DNA of 64,000 nt. Source: Cyanidioschyzon merolae (Eukaryota). The notes beneath the pieces were generated by a model. That model did not search any database, was not told the DNA's origin, and saw nothing but the letters and a program-made list of their open reading frames with translations. A program made the translations under genes and the position numbers. Below are positions 1 through 10,957 of the stretch, one piece after another. Where the stretch lies: assembly GCA_000091205.1 (NCBI GenBank), contig AP006488.2, one strand, 5' to 3'. Position 1 is the stretch's first letter. Each line of letters starts with the position of its first letter.

Positions 1-579
1 CAGCGCGCACCATTCATGCATGATGACCATCTGCCACGTACGAAAGCCGCAGAACTAACTTCGGCAGCACACTTCATCTTCAAAGCGCGCATTCTTGAAA
101 CGCAGTGCAGTCGCTGCCCGAAAATCAGCGCGCTCGTCTGGCAACGCCTCGAACTCGACTGAGGTTACAGCCATAGCTGACGCCAGTCAGCATACTGCAC
201 CACCGTACCACAAGCACTGAACTACGACCGATCACCAGACTGGAGGGACGCGATCAGCGGTTCGCACCCGACACCCGTGTCGCTGCAAGTCTGCAGGGCG
301 ACAGCGCCGGTGTCCTCACGACCTGGGTCCACGCGCAACAACCGTCGCCAGACGCTCGCCGTCATCATCCTCGCCACTATTCATTCCAAGTGCCCAGTCG
401 TAGCTTCCGAAAGAGTAACAGCGTCTTGGAAACAAATACCAAGTAACCTGATGGAAGAATGCTCCAGCATCAAACGATAGCACAGCAGCGCTGCCTACGC
501 TCTGCGCGGGGAATGAAACGACCACAGCGCTTCCATTTCGCGCCAACGTCGTTTTCGCTGCGACTTCCACAGCTTCGCT

Positions 580-1344
580 ATGGGCTGCTGTGGAAGTTGC
601 CTCTATAGAGCCTCTACCTTGGTCTCTTACCGAAGAAAACCAAAACGTCGACCATGGAGAAGGGTGTTTCTCACAGAAGATGCCGACATACTGGAGTATA
701 GCGGGGGTTTTCACTGGGTCGAGGCGCCCAAGGCATCTGGGCGCCCGCTCAGCGCTTCCCACGGGGCACAGTGGCCCCAGGCTGGGGTCTTCGCACAGTG
801 CTCACAGGGCACACCCAATATCACTGGGTCGCTACAATTGAATGATCGAAATGAATGTAGCAACGACGATGATAATGAGACCCCGGCGGCTGACCGTCCC
901 GTTGAGTGGCCGCTGTCCAGGCAGCTGGACCGGGTCTCGAGGGCCGCAGCCAGGCGCCGCGACCGCACTCTGGAACCTTCGCACTGTACACGAAGACGTT
1001 TACAGAATGTTGCAAGTAGCTCGTCGAGCTCGACTTTTATGGCTCATCCCGAGGAGGCAGGAAGCGTGACGGAGTCGAGTTTGGCTGAGGCCGCTCATCG
1101 ACGGGGTCTGTTTCAGGAGTGCCCAGTCACCGAGCGCGTGCTCCCATGCAGTCGAGACCGAGAAGCGCCCCATGTGCCTGCCCGCGCAGACCCGCTAGTG
1201 CCGACGGAGAGCGGGTTTCCGGCACGAACGCCTGAATGGCGTCGGTGGTTGCGCGAGCATCCATCAGACGCTGAGGATGACGGCGAGGAATCCTTACCAC
1301 CGGTGGTGCGACGGCTGGAGTTTGCGGATCAGTCACCTCGGTGA
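580..1344 (+). CDS. Hypothetical low-complexity protein whose N-terminus MGCCGSC fits a dual-acylation (N-myristoyl Gly2 + palmitoyl Cys) consensus; ATG verified at 580
   Basis: ORF of 254 aa starting with a true ATG. N-terminal MGCCGSC motif. The rest is Ser/Arg/Asp-rich with no recognisable domain. Confidence 0.3.
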   Translation: MGCCGSCLYRASTLVSYRRKPKRRPWRRVFLTEDADILEYSGGFHWVEAPKASGRPLSASHGAQWPQAGVFAQCSQGTPNITGSLQLNDRNECSNDDDNETPAADRPVEWPLSRQLDRVSRAAARRRDRTLEPSHCTRRRLQNVASSSSSSTFMAHPEEAGSVTESSLAEAAHRRGLFQECPVTERVLPCSRDREAPHVPARADPLVPTESGFPARTPEWRRWLREHPSDAEDDGEESLPPVVRRLEFADQSPR

Positions 1345-2168
1345 AACAGGTTGACCATGCTGTGCGCACATCGCACCAAGATAACGAAGCATATGCGTAT
1401 TTATGCGCAATGGGGATACGAGTTCGCAGCGCTCACGTCATATTTGCCAAAGTGTTTGCAGAGACAAGGTCATCGATAGCGAACTGGGTGCCAAATGATC
1501 ACAACAGTTGACCAGCGACACTGTTTACCCAGACACGCTCACGGATAGGGAACTGGGTTCCAAATGATCGCAAAAGTTTGCCACCTGCCGGGCTGCAACA
1601 ACGGTACCAATCGTCCATCTCGACTTGGGCGCTGCCTCGCGGACGCGTACTGGCCGCTGCAGGCCGGTACGTCATCGGCTGAACCCCGAACACCACGCCA
1701 TCGGGCCCTGGATAACCTTTAAGCTCCGCCAAGGATACAATGGTGCAGCTTTTCTGGCTATCCTCGCGCGAAGCAGTTCCCGATCTAGCAGCGAACAAGA
1801 ACGAAGCAGTTCGGGAAGGTAGCGGGCCCAACGCAGCTGCACTGCCCATGTTCAGCGACGTCCAACGCCGAGTCGCGCTAGAGTGCCCGCGCTTGCCGGA
1901 ACGCTGCCTCAGTATCGAGTGCACTCGCCTGAAGGGGTACGGTCCAGCTGGTGCCATTCGCCGGGCCTTGCACTGGACGCTGGTAGAGGATTTCCGGTGT
2001 CTGCATACGCGCCAGTACGCTTGTATGAATCGATCTGGGGCGCTGGAATCATGACGCCCGCCTATACCACACTGCGGGGAGTTTCCGCTGTCGCCTACAG
2101 CAAACCCTTCAAACCGTAATCCAGACAAAAAAAGCTCGTCCGTACTGCGTCATCGCATCCAATGAACT

Positions 2169-4082
2169 TTAGCGCTTCTCTGGGGGTTGTATAACCTCCA
2201 CTTGAACTGGCGTCACGTTCTCCTCCGTGGTATGGTTGCTCGCCTGAACACCTTGCTCGTTCGCCTCATCAACGTGAACATCCCTGTCCACAGTGTGCGC
2301 TGATGCTGCGGACGTCGAGGACGATCGCGGTACGCCAAGTGGAAACATCCGCGTCAGAGAAGTCATCGAGACGATAGAATCGATATTGGGCGCTTTGGAA
2401 CGCAGCGCCTGTGACGACGACGAAGACGACAACAACAACAGATCATCGTTGTCCGCGTCGACATAGGCCTGGTATTGTACGCCGATGTGGAGGCGGCTCT
2501 CGGCAGCAACGGAGCCGCGCAACGGAACCCACATATCCCGTCTCTGACCGTCTCTGAGCGCCGACACAGCCATGCTGAAAGCGCCGATGATGCGGTGTTT
2601 CAGTCCGTATCGATCTGCGACTTCGATATGCAGACGTGCTGTATTCGGATTTCGCACGGGCAGCTCAAACAGCTGATTCCAAATTGGCTGGCCTCGCACG
2701 CTCCGCGCACTTGTGCTCTTGTCCGGCTTACTCCGCACAGTTATCCCGTCCACAGAGATATAACAGAATGGATTGCTCAGCCCGAGCGATGTTGTGCCGC
2801 TCAGATTCCGCGCGCCGTAGAGCATGACGATGAGAAGGCCGTCGTCGAGACTCGGGTCGTCAAGAATATCGGGTTCTGATTCGCCAGCGTCGGACAGGTC
2901 ATCGGTGCTGAGGTCGTCACGACCAGGCGCTGCGGACTCCGAACGTCGTCGAAAGCGCGCTTTGGTCAGAGCGCCCATGCAGGGATCATTTCGCGAGCCG
3001 TCCCAGGCACCCATGCGGGCATAGCGCTGCAGTTGCTCGAGGCTGCTGAGGCGCAGGATCGGCATTCGCCGCGGCAAAACAAACAGGTCTGGAATATCGC
3101 ACGTGAGCAGTTTGCGTAGAAACGGGCGTAAACCAGGGATTTCCATCACATCAACAACTTTGAAAGGTCGCAGCTGTAAATCGATGAGCGGTCGTCGCAG
3201 CAATGCCACATTGACATCGCCCAAGTAGGGTGCCTCTGGGATCATCCGGGCTCGAATCCATAGCTGCGAATCGATATCGAGGCCACTGACAACAACTGGT
3301 ACTGCAAAGGAGGCCCGCTGGGTGACCCCGAAGTTCACGCGCAGATGCAGCTGGGCGTCGCCATCATAGCGAACGCCTACCAGCAGCACAAGGTCGCCAT
3401 CCGAACGAGTCGGTAGCTTCTCCACCGACGGTAGCCGCAGCGCTCTCTCGTGCAGCTCGAGTCGCTCCACCGTCACCGACTGCACAAACGGCGGTCGATT
3501 GTTCTTCAGATTCGCGTCGATCAAGTCCTGCAGAATCATCTTTCCGGTGACAGATAGCTCCGTGTTGTACAGACGCCACATTTTCCGTATTGCCGCATTA
3601 ATCCACTCTGCCGACTCCGCTTCCGTGGTTTCCCGCGCTGCGATCGCTTGCAGACGCTGACGCTCTCGGGCAGCACTGCTGGAGCCCAGCGTATTCATGG
3701 AAGCCGAGTCCTCAGGTATCGCTCCTCGGCCGCCGTCTGCAGAGGTCGCTGCATCGACTTGAAGCTCTGCCGTCTTCTTTGCGCGCCGTTGTCTAGCCTG
3801 ACCCGGCACGTAGAACACCGATACCACAATGGCTACGATGAACGCAAGCAAGTCGCATACGAATTGTCCGAGGCGAACGACCAAATACGTCAGTATCCAC
3901 ATGCCCAGGAGGACATAGAGTCCGTCGGGGTAGAGCGGCGGACGGTTTGCGGCAGCCGGGTCCACAGGTTGACGACGTCGCGCATCGGCAAAGCGCTTCG
4001 AGACTTCGTCTGTGAAGCTCCGGATCTGTATCAGCGTCTGCGTCCACCAGGTTTTGATCCGCGACTCCGTCTGCGAAAACAT
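2169..4082 (-). CDS. Extended-synaptotagmin/tricalbin-like lipid-transfer protein (TM hairpin + SMP domain + one C2 domain). The track ORF extends to 4655 via non-ATG codons; the likely start is the ATG at 4082.
   Basis: Hydrophobic hairpin (LGMWILTYLVVRLGQFVCDLLAFIVAIVVSVFYV) is followed by an SMP-type start (AEWINAAIRKMWRLY). The C-terminal C2-like domain (LLIVMLYGARNLSG...NPFCYISVDG...RLHIEVADRYGLKHRIIGAFSMAVS) matches. ATG at 4082..4080 checked in sequence. Confidence 0.7.
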   Translation of the reverse strand: MFSQTESRIKTWWTQTLIQIRSFTDEVSKRFADARRRQPVDPAAANRPPLYPDGLYVLLGMWILTYLVVRLGQFVCDLLAFIVAIVVSVFYVPGQARQRRAKKTAELQVDAATSADGGRGAIPEDSASMNTLGSSSAARERQRLQAIAARETTEAESAEWINAAIRKMWRLYNTELSVTGKMILQDLIDANLKNNRPPFVQSVTVERLELHERALRLPSVEKLPTRSDGDLVLLVGVRYDGDAQLHLRVNFGVTQRASFAVPVVVSGLDIDSQLWIRARMIPEAPYLGDVNVALLRRPLIDLQLRPFKVVDVMEIPGLRPFLRKLLTCDIPDLFVLPRRMPILRLSSLEQLQRYARMGAWDGSRNDPCMGALTKARFRRRSESAAPGRDDLSTDDLSDAGESEPDILDDPSLDDGLLIVMLYGARNLSGTTSLGLSNPFCYISVDGITVRSKPDKSTSARSVRGQPIWNQLFELPVRNPNTARLHIEVADRYGLKHRIIGAFSMAVSALRDGQRRDMWVPLRGSVAAESRLHIGVQYQAYVDADNDDLLLLSSSSSSQALRSKAPNIDSIVSMTSLTRMFPLGVPRSSSTSAASAHTVDRDVHVDEANEQGVQASNHTTEENVTPVQVEVIQPPEKR

Positions 4083-4831
4083 TAAGCTTGGATTGAAAAA
4101 GCCGGTGCGGGACGCTTTTCGAAACGTTCGTTTCCCGTCCAAGAAACAGACAACGATGCTCTTGTGCGAACTGCGCTGCGGACGGGTCCATGTTGCCCGA
4201 GTTCGCTGCCCTGTCGCGTCCGCTACCACGCTCGGGAGACGCGTGCACTGTTCAGATTGACGCGGCACAGAAACCGTCCGTTTCATGCCTTGACAGGTCG
4301 AGAAACTGTGACGGCGAAAGTGTTGTTGTCTGTGCTGCAGCTCTTGATGAGGTAACAGAGCGTCTAGCGGAAGCGCACCGCGCAGCCACGTGAACGGCCC
4401 TCGCCTGCGAGACTGGGGTCGACGTTTCCCGTGCACAGAAAACTGAGGTTTTCGCGTTCCCCTACCACGCGAAACCGCTTCATACATTGGCCCCAAACCT
4501 GTGCAAAAGCAAACCGACACCTGAGAATGGGAATGGCGCTCCATTGGCGCGTTTGTACCCACCTGCACACTGCCGACTGCGCACGGAACTTGACGTTCCA
4601 TTTCCTGTACCAGTACCACCAGCACCAGCGCCACTACCACCGCCAATGTAGCCACCGGGTTTCACGTCACCAGCTCTATACTTAGCACGAACGCTCCAGT
4701 TATAATCTAGCGTCCAACTAGAGATGCAAGTTGTTCATTCGCGTTCCGCTTGGAGCGTGAAGCCAGTCCCCGCCAACAGAATATTGTAGGTGCGACGACA
4801 GCGCGCGTTGAACGCCTTCCAGTCTTTCCTG

Positions 4832-5065
4832 TGGCGATGATTGAAGGCGATGATGGCGATGATGGCGATGATTGAAGGCGATGAAGGCGATGATGGCGAT
4901 GATTGAAGGCGATGATGGCGATGATGGCGATGATGGCGATGATGGCGATGATTGAAGGCGATGATGGCGATGATGGCGATGATGGCGAAGGCGATGAAGG
5001 CGATGAAGGCGATGATGGCGATGATGGCGATGATGGCGATGATGGCGATGATGGATGGCGATGAG
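4832..5065. repeat. Minisatellite of a 9-bp unit (GGCGATGAT with GAAGGCGAT variants), about 26 copies
   Basis: Direct reading of tandem units. Overlapping ORFs (HRHHRHH, IAIIAII, MAMMAMM) are repeat translation artefacts. It lies in the divergent intergenic region between the E-Syt-like gene (-) and the HSL-family lipase gene (+). Confidence 0.9.
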
Positions 5066-5228
5066 CGCCAACGCCGCCCGCCGTGCCGTCTAAACGGAAG
5101 CAATTACCCTAAAAGCGCTTACCGGATAGCATCAAAGCCATTCGTTCTGTGAAGCATACGGTGCTTAGACGTACGTGAGCAGCGTCGCTCTAGCTGTTTA
5201 TGGGCGTGTGGGTGCTCACTAGTGACCC

Positions 5229-7187
5229 ATGGCGAACAGGGAGAGCAGTGATGGACCTTTTGTAGCATATACGTTGGCGTTGACGCAGAGTGTGCGTTCT
5301 AGTTTGGTGCTCGTGCGTGACGCCGCAGCGGAGCTCGCCGTACGCATCGGTTGCCTCTTGTGTGAACCCAGTGACGGTGCCAGTGGAAACGCTAACTCGG
5401 GCCTCAGTCCGCTGAAGAAGCATTCGCGCAACTATGCGACGGCTCAGCGGGTACAGCGTGAGGCGGAGTCGCTGAAGCTGACCTGCGACGCTATTTTCCC
5501 CGAGGTGGAGCAGCTGTTGGCTGTTGTGGCGGGGGAACCATCTTTGTCGCTTTCTGACGCAGCTTTGAGCGTGGATGCGAAGGACTTTGCGAACTGCTCG
5601 GTGCTGCACGCCACAGGGAACGTCGAAGCTGCTGGATGCGGATGTTGCGGGGCACGGCGCCGTTCCCCGCTTGTGGGACGTGGCTGGGGCGGTGCCTATG
5701 GTTGCCCCGGCAACGGCTACGAGTCACTGCTGTGCATCCTCTGGCGTTTGCTGCAGCGTCTTGAGGTCGAGACAGCACTCACCAACCAGGAAGCGGCAGA
5801 GCGTCGTGCGCGTCAGCGTTCGTTGCGACGTTCGCCGCGGCTGGTGGCGAACAGCGGCTACGGGCTCTCGGGCGGTGCTGATGAGCGTCCGAGCCAAGCG
5901 ACAGCGCCCAGCGTGAACTGGCGAGAGCTAGAAAGGCGCTGGCTTGCACCGCATTCGAGTGCTAACCAGCTGACGCCGTTGGGTCGCCTAACTGGTCATC
6001 ATTTGCAACTGAAGCAGTTCTATGCGATGATCCACCTAGCCTGTCGTTGTGTGCGACAGAGCGATGTTGGGCGAACGCTATTCGTCCCGATGAGTGCCGA
6101 GTTCGATCATCGGGTTTGGGCGCCCGTTGTGAAGCTGGACAGTTTTCAGGGAGTTCATTTCGGTTTTCAGTACAGTCGTGAAATGCGGACGGTGCTGCGT
6201 ATTGTGCAAGTTATTCGCAGTGCAGTGCGACGTGCAGTAGCCAGCGAATACTTTCGAAGAAGCGCTTTCGCTCGCAAACTAGCATTCTTTTCGTGGGGAT
6301 GGTTCTATATTCATATGGCGCTGCTGGAGAACTATGGGTACAGCACGAGCATGGCCCAACAGATTGTAGAGAAGCTGGCAAGCGCGTTCGGAGCGAGCCT
6401 GTCGACAGTGGAGCGACCAGCAGGTCGTCGCGAGGCTGCAGATACCCCTGAAGTGGCAGCGCGCTCACCTGTCGTGAGCCTTGACGAGGCACGCATGTTC
6501 TTCAATCTTTCAGAGGATCCTTTGTTCTTGGGATTCGCACTTATTCGGGACAAAGACGTTGCGCTCGACCAGTTCTTCGAAATCGACGATGCAGCGGATG
6601 CATTGAAGCGCGCGCCACACAAGAACGCGCAGCACCGAGTGCAGCGGAGCGTCGACCACTCGACCTCATTGTCGCGCGGAGATGCGGAAATGTCGCCAGA
6701 AGCAGCTGCAAGTGGTACGCGATTAAAACTGCCCGCTGCGCTGCATGGACCGTTGAAAGCACGCCTTCTATCGTCGGTTGTCCGTTGCGTGCAGATCAAG
6801 TCGCAACGAACGACGGCGCCGAATACCGCGGAGCATAGCGCCTCTGGTACCGCGACATGTGCAAGCGCTGCCGAAAGCTTTTCCCCAGCACCGATGACGG
6901 ATTGCTGGCAACGTCCACACGAAATGGACGAAACGATTGACGCTTCCGCGGATGCGACTGCAGCCGCGATGAGCCCAGATCGCTTCTGCCAGCACGCCGA
7001 TGATCCATGGAGAGCATCGAACCTAACTGTAAGCGCAACCGAACCGGTTGCTGCAACTGATGCGTCACCACGTCGCGCTGGTGCGGCGGCAACTGGACCA
7101 GATAGCGAGTCAGGTTCGTCGGTTTGGGCAGCAGATAGCGCAGCTTTGCAGCGGGATACCGCTGACGCCGATGGAGCTCTCGGAAAT

Positions 7188-7233
<46 letters not shown>

Positions 7234-8498
7234 CCAATGGAATCGACCGCAGCCCGCGGGCGCTTTCCACCACGCCTGCCGAGGCGGACGCTGGGGATCC
7301 TCCACAGTCTAGCTCGCGAGCGGCACGCAGCCTCCGACGTGAGCGCTCGGGTTCACTCTTGGCATCCGCGATAAGCTCATCCATGCGAAGCATAGGCGCT
7401 CGGATCGATTCGCTATTGCGGCATCAAGCCGACGAGGGGCTAGCGCGCTCCCTCATTGTCTTCTTCCATGGTGGCGGCTTTATTGGCCAGAGTTCGCTGA
7501 CCCACACCAGCCTCCTGAAACAGATCGCTCATGACATTCCAGATGCAATGGTCGTATCCATGGACTATAGATTAGCGCCAGAATATCCCTACCCCACAGC
7601 GGTGAACGAGTGCTTCCATTTCTATATCTGGGCTCTCGAGAACGCACATCTTTTGGGTACGCACGCTGAACGGATCGTTGTTGCAGGCGACAGCGCTGGC
7701 GGGAATCTGGCGGTGGTGCTCACCATTCTGCTTATCCAGCACGGTCTGCGACTACCTGATGGACTGGTGCTGGCATACCCGGCGTTGAATTTGACATTGC
7801 AGTGGTCACCGTCGCGACTTTTGTCGGCTTTCGATCCACTGCTCTCGATCGATCTGTTGGAGTTAATTCTCCAGTCGTATGTGCCGGCCGATGTGGATGC
7901 GAGTAGGGATCCGTATCTGAGCCCATGCATCGCAGCTTCAGATACGCTGCTGGAGGCGTTCCCACCCGTCTACATGGTCTGCGGTGCATACGATCCACTG
8001 CTGGATGATACGGTCGAGTTTGCGCATCGGCTGCGGCTCGTGAAGCGCGACACCCATTGCGATCGAGATGCCGTTCGGTTGCGAGTCTACGAGGGCATGC
8101 CGCACGGTTTTCTCAGTATGAGCAGCGCAATCCATGAGGCATCTGCTGCCGTTAGCCAAGTGACCCTGTGGATGAGCGAACTACTGCAGGTGTCGTGGGC
8201 CGGTGACCACGAGCGAAGCTGCCGCTCGGCACCGTCGTCACCGCGACTGCCGCTGCCAGCGCCGTCTGGCGCAGACGCGAGCCTATCCACATCGACGGAT
8301 TCGCTGCAGCACACCGAACGCTCCGGAGTCGATCTGCAGGCCTCGATGGACACCACGAAAGCCGCTGCTGCTCCTGCTACTACTGCCGCCGCACTCCGTC
8401 AAGCTATGCGTGAACTCAGCGTGGCATTTTCCGTATCTGAATCAAGTGACAGCGACTCGGATGAGGATCGTGCGGAACAAACACCGCGTTTCGCCTGA
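5229..8498 (+). CDS. Hormone-sensitive-lipase family (alpha/beta-hydrolase fold-3) lipase/esterase with an approximately 700-aa N-terminal extension and an internal poly-Ala tract
   Basis: Oxyanion-hole motif FFHGGGF. Nucleophile elbow GDSAGGNL. C-terminal His in YEGMPHGF. ATG at 5229 verified. (GCA)15 at 7188-7232 encodes A16 in frame. Confidence 0.8.
7188..7232. repeat. (GCA/CAG)n microsatellite encoding poly-Ala inside the lipase CDS
   Basis: Direct reading of about 15 tandem GCA units. Confidence 0.9.
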
Positions 8499-9440
8499 GC
8501 TCGCATCGACGCCAACGCACCGGGAGCAGCGTGCATGTAAGGATGAATGCTTTTATCCCTAATTGTCTTTGTGTATTTGTGCGCGCGCGTGTGTGTCTAT
8601 TTGTGTGGAGAGATGTCCGTATGGCTCGTTGCGTACGACAGTACGGATTCGTTTGCATGGAAGCAGCCAGGCACTCGCGAGACTGCGAGCAACGACGAAC
8701 ATGCATCGACGCGTCGCGTTGCGGTATCTGCAGACGACGGCTTGTTCTGAAACCGGGACGCTTCGCTTTCGCTGGGTTAGCCTCCATAATTCTTAACGTA
8801 TACGTCCGTAAATCGACATGCTCGACTCGTCGCTGACGCAGAGCGATGAATCGGCAGCGGCAGGCTCGGTGCGGCGTTGTACGCAGCGTACACGCGGTGA
8901 TCAACGAGGCACCGTGTGGCGACCTGACAACCTGGAGAGGATTCGGTGAACCTACAATAAATCTTACCTGTTTCCCGCGATACCCGCGTCCTGGGGACTA
9001 CTACGGAAGCGGCGCATGTGCGTCACGCCTCGATCCGAACCTCGTTAAGCGAATGCAAAATGGCGCCAGGTCCGTATGGTATCCAGTGCGTCAATGGATT
9101 GATCAAGCGTCTGGGGCATGCTCGACTAGGGTGGATCGAGCGCGGGTATGTTTGACGTAGAGCCTGCTTCCCGGGCCCAGGTCCCGGGAGTGCCTGCGAA
9201 CATCTGAGAGACTGCTGGTTCGATGCAGCGCACCTACACGGTGACAAGCAACCGGAGCGCGTCGCAAAACCTCCGACGCTGCTGGCAACGTCCTTGCGAG
9301 ACAGACTCGTCGATTGCGTCGTCCGCGGCTCGAGCGGTCACCGTTGATGGGATTTCCATACGTGCCGGCGAGCTTTAGGCGCTGCCTTTCTCCACAGTTC
9401 TATATGCTATTCGATTTTACTGCAACGGGCCCCAAAAATC

Positions 9441-9501
9441 GTATCGAACCCGCGTCCTCCCGCTTGCAAAGCGGGCGCTATAACCCCTAAGCCACGCCCC
9501 C
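9441..9501 (-). tRNA. tRNA-Ala(UGC)-like element, 3'-truncated after the T-loop; probable tRNA pseudogene or tRNA-derived fragment
   Basis: The minus strand reads GGGGGCG-TG-GCTT-AGGGGTTAT-AGCG-CCCGC-TTTGCAA-GCGGG-AGGAC-GCGGG-TTCGATA-CG. This gives an acceptor 5' half, D-arm, anticodon stem CCCGC/GCGGG with loop UUUGCAA (anticodon UGC), T-stem 5' half and a TTCGA T-loop. The 3' T-stem and acceptor halves are missing (followed by ATTTTTGGGG). It is close to the eukaryotic tRNA-Ala consensus. Confidence 0.45.
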
Positions 9502-10957
9502 GTGAAATGTGGAGGCGGCGGGAAATTCTCGAATGATCGGAAGTAAGAGTGGAAAATTTATATATAAAGGGTTGCGCAGGTTGTCCACGGACGAGCGTCC
9601 CGTGTCCGTCCAACATTCGATTTTTTTCCGGTGAGTCTTCGATCCTTTTTCCCAGGATCCATTCACTTGCGTCCAGCCTGCAAACGTCCGCGCAATGTTT
9701 CAAAGTCTCAGCACCTTATATGTGCCCGATAGCCGCTGGTGATCGGCTTGCAGCTTGCCGATAAAGGCGCTCGCCGAGGCTGGAGCCGCTCGCTGACGCA
9801 GCGTTCGCGCGGTGCTTTCGACGACTCAGCTCTGGGCGAGGGCGCTCCCGTGTCTTTGTAGGCTGTGCATAGCATCGCTGCCGAGTGGTCGCGTGATATT
9901 GCGGCTTGGTGTTCCTTGCCGAGTGTACGGCTTCACCGTGCGCACCGCTGCATACCCGCAGTCCTTGGGGCGTGACGATTACTTGACTCTGGGCAGGGCG
10001 CGCTGCTGATCAGTCCAGAACGCTTCTTCGGCGCATCAACTGATTCTCACGTGCGCCAAAAGTTCCGGAAAGCGAGGTCACGTGCGAAGCTGTACCGCTC
10101 CGCTGCACCGACTGCGTCACAACAGGTACCTTCTCTAGCCAAATGGACTTGAATCCTCTGCCTACAGTCAGGAGCGGATGTCGTCTACGATAGGATTCGC
10201 TCTGGATCGACTTTACGCAACTTAGGTGCGCGATATGGTGTTCACTCTGCGGTTTCGCTGCGAAGCATGAGCGATGATGAATGTGCAGTTCTCCGCGCTG
10301 CTCCATCGCGTGGCGTACACGCGCCCTCCGAGCAGCGCTCAATCACGGTCAAAGACAAGAGTTGCATCAACACGCTGCGAACGTGCGTCGCTCGCCTCCC
10401 GAACACCCGGAGGCTCGCACTGCAGTACATCGTGGTGCAACGGGCTAAGATCAACGTCAAAAGGTCCGTTGCGACCTTCATTGCCGTCGCGAAACGACGG
10501 GATTATCTGACAGGGCATTTGCGGCAGACGAAAACAAACGTCACGCATATATTCTGTGAACAATGAGCACCATAACAACCTCCGCGCTCATTCGGACTGG
10601 TATGCGTGCTGCGAGCATTCAGCCGGTGACAGCCTCAGCGGAGGCTGGTCGTCCCTCGAAAGACGCTGTCTTCGTGGTATCGCGGGATGAACATATTCGA
10701 CCGATTCGTCCGCCGCATACATCCTTCAGAGATGTCGTCCAGCTACTCTGTCGTAGCAGGGCGCCCCATGCACCTGGGGCACACCAGTAGTGAAATCGAT
10801 GCCCCAGAGGCCGCTCTGCATGCAACCAGTCCTTGCCCAGGACGCAGCACGCGGGTTGCAGGGAGCAGTGATAGGCCCCAGGTGCAGGTCGATACCCTGC
10901 CTTGCCTGGTATCTACAGCGCTGGCGCATCAGAAAGTTAGCAGGTACGCGCGATCTA

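Noticed and set aside
50-120. 13-nt identity (CTTCGGCAGCACA) to the 5' stem-loop of U6 snRNA
   Set aside because: Downstream sequence lacks the ACAGAGA box, AGC triad and 3' stem of U6; no 5' stem pairing partner. Treated as chance or short-motif coincidence.
1468-1572. About 30-bp imperfect direct repeat (GAACTGGGTGCCAAATGATCACAA... / GAACTGGGTTCCAAATGATCGCAA...)
   Set aside because: Only two copies and no associated feature; noted but not interpretable.
4083-4655. N-terminal 190 residues of the 828-aa ORF 2169..4655 (MATLAVVVALVLVV...)
   Set aside because: Track starts use non-ATG codons. This segment is Arg-rich and low-complexity and precedes a clean ATG (4082) that gives the canonical short N-terminus, TM hairpin and SMP layout. 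Treated as probable 5' UTR.
4718-5152. ORFs encoding HRHHRHH / IAIIAII / MAMMAMM peptides
   Set aside because: All three frames of the 9-bp minisatellite; translation artefacts of the repeat.
6332-7393. 353-aa antisense ORF inside the lipase gene, and similar antisense ORFs inside MTO1 (43856..44731), OGDH (48967..49602), formin (27853..28641), CAP-H (51504..52046), GAD (59091..59825)
   Set aside because: Typical stop-poor antisense frames of GC-rich coding DNA. They have low-complexity Ala/Arg/Ser-rich products and no domain signatures, and sit opposite strongly supported genes.
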